A stretch of 64,000 bases of DNA from Eledone cirrhosa. Its lineage: Eukaryota. Where the stretch lies: contig OZ024740.1 in NCBI GenBank assembly GCA_964016885.1, positions 186,062,001 through 186,126,000 of the forward strand. Direction: 5' to 3'. The notes under the pieces are model-generated. The model saw nothing but the letters and a program-made list of their open reading frames with translations. It made no database searches and was not told the origin of the DNA. The position numbers and the translations under genes were made by a program. Each line of letters begins with the position of its first letter. Within the stretch, counting starts at the first letter, position 1. This document shows positions 57,022-64,000 of this stretch, piece after piece.

Positions 57022-60000
57022 ACTGTCAGAGCTAGTGAAAATGTATGCTATTTTCAAAAATACACAGTGACTGATTGGCCTGATTTGCATATTAGCAAAC
57101 TGGCTGATCAGTCAGATCTGCATATTACAGATCCACTGATCAACCATATTTGCATATAATTTGCATATAATTTATATTTAAAATGCTAATAATCTGTTTT
57201 CTGAGTGCGTACTTTAGACGAGAAACTTCCAACTTACAGTGTGGAGTTGAGATTTCAAAGTCCATACCGATAAAGGAAGATTAATCTATACAGAATTTCA
57301 AAGATGTTATGATTGTCGATAATCCTACGATATCGACTAAGTCAGAATGCAACTTTCTGCAAGGAATTTAAGTATATATTTAAGTATATTTAAGTATATA
57401 TACGCTATCATCAATATCTATACTAGTAACATAAAAGATGTTTTATTCATAAAAGTTTACTATAACAGAGTATGTAAATAACCTCACCTACTTTTCACTG
57501 CAAGTGGAATACAATCAATACTTTTGTTCTGAAGTGAACTATTTTTGTAAAATGTTGCTTGAAATAAACGTGTATAGCCTTTGATATTTTGAATAAAAAT
57601 GTTTTATTGTTTTATATAATTAAATCAAAATTGATTTGATAAAAGAAATTTAGATAGCTGAAAAGGAAAGTCGTCCTACAGCAGATACAAAATGAAAATA
57701 TGTTAAACGTAGCACATTATTTAATTAAAGGATTTGTAGAGTAAATATGTCTTTACATTTAGTAAATTTGAAATAAGCTAGGAACAAAATGCAAACAGTG
57801 TTAATAGCTGTTTTACGTTTCATGTTCTCTGATATTTCAGGAATTAACTATTTTTATTGATAATATATTTTAATTCCTCTTTGACCAAATAAGGACAAAA
57901 TACGTATTCAAGATATGAATAACTATTCTTATTTTCATATTGCATACCTACAACTATATTATCGCATCTTTCCATTTCTAAGAAATAGCACCTACTTCCT
58001 AGGAAATTTGACTCCTATTTTAACTGATCAATTAAGTAACTGCGTTAAGTCTCTCGCTTTGTTTGGCTCTATCAATTATCGTTTTTCATAGTTGTGGATA
58101 TGTGAATTAATTCTATAGAGTTCGTTTGACGTTTTAGTAGAGAGGGTGTGGGAATATAAAATGTATAGATTCGTCACAAGCTATGACTGCTTGTGTCGTC
58201 TATTTGTGAGGGAAAGAGCCACTTCTGAGGATATTTAAATCTGACATTTGTATCTGCTAACCATATTGAAAAGTAACTGAAATATTTTAAAATTTGAAAA
58301 TAGATGTTTAAAATAGTTTTATGGCAAATGGAGATAATCAGCCGTTGAGAAATTGCATCTAAGTAAAGTCTGCATCAGTCTGGTTTGATATATTTTCGAA
58401 TCAGACATGTTGACAGCATACCATATCTGTTGCAATGAAAATTTATTAGCTATGTATTTACACGGAATATGGTAACATAGTTATTCAAGAGTTGATATGT
58501 CATCTATATTCAGGTTTCTGAAATATTTCAGTTCTAATATGATTCACCATTTTGCCACCTATTTAATATCGTAGTTCCTGATCAGGTGTATGCCTTTTTT
58601 TACATAACATTTGGAGAGTATGAAATGGGTAGACGTCATCTGAATCTGTCCTCTGAATCTAATGCCCTGATTTTGACTCTTATAATCACCATATACTAGC
58701 TGTTTTACTTTCCTGTCGTTTTCAGGAGCCTGTCATATTCAGGAGCTTTCTCGAGTATAGCCTTCTCCTATTATGTTGTGATGTCGTTTATTTAATATAT
58801 TTATGCTAGAATATAATATAAATTATTTGAGCTAGGAATTGAACTCACCTCACATATAATCAACGTTTATATTGATAAGCCCCTTTATTTCACGTAACCC
58901 CAGTTTACTCAGCTGTAGAAATGAGTTGTCAAGCTCTATTGGCTATTTCCTTTCTCTTGGACAACATCGGTGGCGTGAAGAGGGAAGAAATGTATGCAGG
59001 GTGGCTTGGTTTATCACAAATAACCTTGCCCACTCTTGTGCCTCTGAGGACAAATTCTTTGGTAATTCATGGTCATTCATGACCGAAGAGTGCCTTTACC
59101 CTTCTTTTTGTCTCTTAGGACAATTACATGATAGACATTAGTATGTTTAAATCTTACTCATGCTTAATACTCTAGCTGAAGATGTATATTAGAAAAGAGT
59201 AAGGTATTAGTATTGCAACAGTAAAGGTAAATATGTTAGAAACGTTTTCAGCAAGCTCTTCTGACTTGTCTTAATGTTGGTTCTAAACATCCACAGGCCA
59301 TACTTTAGAGTTAAATGAACCTCTTTGGAAACTTATTATAGCTTAGTAATTTTACTGTAAATTCCATCAAACCTGGCTACCTCATATACTAAGAATTTCT
59401 GGTGTATGTGGTAAATCTAGATGTAAGTATATCTAAGAAATTCAAATATATGGGGTTCAACAACAAATAAGATTGGTTTCAATATGATACCTTTAGGAAG
59501 AATATGTATTTATACAAAAGGACTATAGATAACCCGAAACAAGTAGGAAACCCACACATAAATTCTACAGCCATTTAGTGTTATTTGTGAGTTCTAATTT
59601 AATGAACGTTTTGTAAAACTAGAGGATTAATCATTTTGTCAGAAATCTTCAGCCGTACAATTTCACTAATTTAGGTGTTTCATTATTTGTCGAATGCGGA
59701 GATGTGCCAACTGTCCATGTATTTTACAAAGCCGTTATGTTCGCTTTAGGTAAATTCCATTTTGAAAAACATTATAGGTTGTCTATAAGAACGGAGACGT
59801 TTTTCATTATGTTGCTGTGGAGTATAGCCGCCATTTAGAATCAATTAGCGTCAGAGTAGTCTTAAGAACAAGGACTACTGATTGATGTTTCTATAGTTTG
59901 TAGTCTACTTCCAATATTTGGGTGCAGCAGCCGAGTCAACTGACGACAGCTGACTGGGTAAAATTTAACGAATAATTCAGCGGCAGGAGTTTTGTGTTTA

Positions 60001-61014
60001 GTGATTTCTTCCGTGATTTGAGCCATAATTACTAGAGAGGTGGACTGATAACTGTTTTATGGCGCTCGGCAATTAAGAGACATATATGTCTCAGCTGGAA
60101 CAACTGGCTATAGGTTAAGTAACCTAGAAGTGGTTATGAATATGTGTAAGGTGCTTAGCGTAATACAGCTGATAGAATGCAAATATTTGACCATTCACAG
60201 GTTCAACCTTCTAATGACTTATCCAGTTGGGACTGATTTTCTAAGACATATAACGTAACTAAATAGTATAAACATTTAGATAACATTAATTTGAATAATA
60301 AAAGACGTTTCCTGGCAATGATACCTTTGGGATCATGCAAGTATTTATTGCATATTTTCCAACGATATGGGGTTTTCTCTATTCAAGGTCTAACGTTAAT
60401 TTCGTCTTTAATTATGATAACCATTCTAGTAATATTTCTATATTCATCTAAGAATTGAATTTAATCAACAAGGAATTGCCAATATATAATGTAATTTAAT
60501 CATGGCGAGAATTACCTGTTAAATGATAATGAAATTTTACTGCTAAAAGATAATATTGGACATTATACAGAATATATAAAATTATTCCAAAAACAAAATT
60601 TTAAATACAATAAAATCGTTCGTTTCAGTATCTTTTTGCTGTTTTTATATCAAATTTTATCTAACTCCGTTAATAAATTCAAATGACATGCCAAGCACAT
60701 ATTACTTTACGATTTCTATTTCTTTGCCTAGATGGTCAATAGCATTAGTCACTGTTCATTAACATAAATTTGGTCGCTTTCTAAATAAGTTCAAACATCA
60801 GATAAATAAGAGAAAATAAATTATTGATTCAAGCTCTCATGAGTATTCCTTTATGCATTACTCTAATATTTGGCATCTTCACAACGTTATTTTCATTTTG
60901 AGGTTTAGGGTCATATAACTGTTGCCTTTCATTCATATTTGTATTTCCTGAAGAACAACGTATCATATTTTGCTCTTCATTATACTGGCGTAATCGTTGG
61001 AGAATTACGTTCAC

Positions 61015-61140
61015 AATCGTGATGTTTCAAGGTCGATACCCAGTCCGGGCGATGTGTTATGTCTTGGAGCAAGACACGTTATTTGATGTTGCTCTTTCTA
61101 TCAGGAAATGCGACCAGTAGATATCAATGGAAAGACCAAT
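61015..61140 (+). mobile_element. Decayed SINE (second family)
   Basis: GGTCGATACCCAGTCCGGGCG..GTCTTGGAGCAAGACACGTTATTT..GTTGCTC; related to 190-435. Confidence 0.5.
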
Positions 61141-63373
61141 GGAAACATTATTTCTTTGGTCCGATTTCACGAGTTCCACTCCACTCGATAATCGAGTGGT
61201 ATTGTTGTCAATCGATTCTACCTACCCTATTATACTGACAAGATTTCCATATGGATAATAAAATAACAAAATAAATATACATGTATTCTTCGTAGTAATT
61301 TTCAATATGAGATTTGAAATTCTTTAAAGGTGTTGTCATTTTATTAATCATGTGTCTATTAAATGAAAGTTAAATCCCCTCCCAAACTCACAGCATCATC
61401 AGAGCGACATTTATCCCAGTTTTATTGGCGTTAAACATTTGAAAATACTATCCCCTCACTGGAGACTCAAAGTTAGAGCCTTATTGCAGCTGTTACTCAA
61501 AACTTGTTATGGACGGGACCTATCTAAACCTCGCTTAGAATATAGAGTATTACCCTATAGATAAGTATGCTCTCGTTTCTGCGTGATATTAAATTAGATT
61601 TTGCGTTTCAAGCTAAATCAATGCAGGATTATATCATTGTATTGTATGTGTTTCATCTTCAGAAAGGAACACACTCTACGGTTTGTACACGCTGCTTCTA
61701 TATTTATAACCTGAAGATATATTCTGTAATATTCATAAATCTAATGATTGTCGAAAATGAAATACACTTAAACCTACATGTATCCTTTTGCATCTGTTGG
61801 ATGAAAAGGCATGCAATGTAAAATGTTATAATTCCCATGGAATTACACTGGGTTATGTGTCTATCTCTCCAATTGTGTACATAAAATCAATTGTGATAGA
61901 TTCTCCGTCGGTTTCAATAAGTATGTCTCAGTTGTTTAACCAACCGAGTTTCTACGCTAAGAATGAACGTGTAAACGGCAGAATGTGCCATATTCGCAAG
62001 TGCTGGTAATGTAATTCTCAGACGGTTTCAAAGTGATATCATATATGCCAAGAATTGACCTTCAAATAACAGATAAAACACTGGGAGAAAATCAATCGTC
62101 ATCCCCTCTCTAGTACTGGAGTTGAAATTAATCTTTAGACATACCGCAAGACATTCTGCTATGTCTTCTATTTCAATGATTCGCAAGAGCACGAACGTTT
62201 TGAATGCACACGATTAAGGATTTGCATTATAGAAGATAGCAAGAGTGTTTTATTTCTTTATAATGATATATTCATAGATGGGAATAAAGAAAAAATAAAA
62301 TAGTTTTCTTTTCGTTTCGTTATGAAAAATATTTCTTCTGAAGCAGCGAGGCTATCCATATGTTTATTGTTCACCTCTATTATGCTTACACGCTGCTATT
62401 CCCTTTATATCATCTACTTCCCTGCTAACACAAATACAACGAAAGAGATCGCTGTAGTAAAACTTTTATCGTTCCCTTATCAAACACAAGGATCTTATCA
62501 GTCTGAGTAATGCACAACGATTAATGAGGAGTCCAATGAATGCCGTCAGAATAATGCCTAGGAAGAAATGGTACACTACGAAAGTAGTAATGGGATGACC
62601 TGCTTAGAAAAAATATATATTCACTTGGCGAAGTTTGCACGTACTAAATCAAATAATCTAGGCTTCATGAAAACAGGATGATAAATAAAAAGTAAAAAAT
62701 AAAAGCTAGAATTGTGAATTGAAACATATTTGGTTCGGTTAGGGTTTACTATTTCTGTACGCTCTCTTCACTTAAATATAGAATATTACCTTTCCATTAT
62801 GTGCAGCTATACATTATCAGTTTTTGATATTATGCTTTTATATAACCGTTATATATCGAAATATATAAAAGCTATATCAAATGCTTGAACGACAGAAACG
62901 GTTTCTTACAACGCCATGAGAAATATAAGAAAAAAAGTCTATACAATTTTGTCTTAATATTTATCGATTGATCTGAGAATTACATTTCTTCCGCTTAGAT
63001 ATCTAATTTTAATGCAAATACTATTAATTATATGCAAATTTCTATATTTACAATTTGCTATCATATTTAATGGTCACATTTTGGGATGAGCAATTAGCTG
63101 GCGTGTTTTACCGTTGAATTAACAACTGGTGTTTATACATTGATATTTGCATAAACTTCTACTTTTCATTCAATAAAAGTTCTTAAGATATGTTTGAAAT
63201 ATTTTAAACTAGTTACCTTTATGTTTTAAGATTATCTCGGTGAAATATCGCCTATAAAGATAAAATCTAGAGTTTAAAAATATTCTGTGCGTATGCTACT
63301 GACAAATATTATTAAAATATCGAAGATCGATTCATTTTAATATGGAATAGAGATGAATTTTTTGTCAAGTATG

Positions 63374-63379
<6 letters not shown>

Positions 63380-63449
<70 letters not shown>

Positions 63450-63468
63450 ATATATATTTAAATATATA

Positions 63469-63547
<79 letters not shown>
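63380..63547. repeat. (TA)n/(TG)n microsatellite
   Basis: Direct inspection. Confidence 0.98.
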
Positions 63548-63550
<3 letters not shown>

Positions 63551-63774
63551 TTTTTCTCCAAGATAATTGAATGCATACATATATTTTTTGGGGGTAGGTG
63601 TATTTTTTTCTCACTCTCTATCTCTCTATTTCATCTTTAATTTCAAGCCGCAACTAATATATTTCTTTATTGTACTGTGTTGTTTACTTTGTTATTTCTG
63701 TCTACCTTTTGCATATACACACACAGACACACACACATATATATATAGTAATAATAATATTTATATTTATATAT

Positions 63775-64000
63775 GTTTGATATAACTATAAATATGTAGG
63801 GTAGTCCTAAGGACTAGCCGGTTACCGGTATGACAAAAGGCTCAGTGCAAATTGTCAAGTGTTTTACGGAGCCGAGATACAAAGTGTTAAAACGATCAAA
63901 TTTTAGTTTAGAACATTTATTTGCTGACAATTGTTTCTTCCAGAGGAAAGTATGGGATCATCGGAGCATAAGGAATGTCGAAACATGTAACAAAAATCCT
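63775..64000 (-). mobile_element. Copy of the 13326 PLE-like family, running off the window edge
   Basis: Reverse complement of ~13645-13875. Confidence 0.85.
63922..63970 (-). ncRNA. Type I HHR, U4C variant
   Basis: UAUGCU-CCGAUGA-ucCCA...UGGaa-GAAAC-AAUU-GUC-AGCA. Confidence 0.65.

Larger units (their letters stand above)
56385..57157 (-). mobile_element. Retrozyme-like tandem array (~1.7 units, 445-bp period), same family as 28241
   Basis: TAAATGTAATCTGAGT at 56385 and 56830; one HHR per unit. Confidence 0.88.

Overview
AT-rich, gene-free-looking eukaryotic DNA (intron or intergenic). It is most likely a cephalopod/Octopus-type genome, inferred from the tRNA-derived SINE families and the extreme (TA)n/(CA)n/(CT)n load. 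I can support no intact host protein-coding exon, and nearly all listed ORFs are microsatellite artefacts. Recognisable TE relics are a deleted mariner, a decayed Tc1, several RTE-type LINE fragments, two CRE-like RLE fragments, several SINEs and two minisatellites. The main signal is a dense set of short non-coding inserts in or next to (TA)n arrays. Many are long DNA palindromes, and many carry type I hammerhead ribozyme (HHR) cores of several sequence families, including U3-A8 and U4C core variants and one HHR with a very long stem II. One family occurs as 405-445 bp tandem monomers, each with a complete HHR (28.2-28.9 kb, 56.4-57.2 kb). This resembles a Penelope-like-element (PLE)-derived, microsatellite-targeting retrozyme/circRNA system. 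All structures were folded by eye and no activity is demonstrated.
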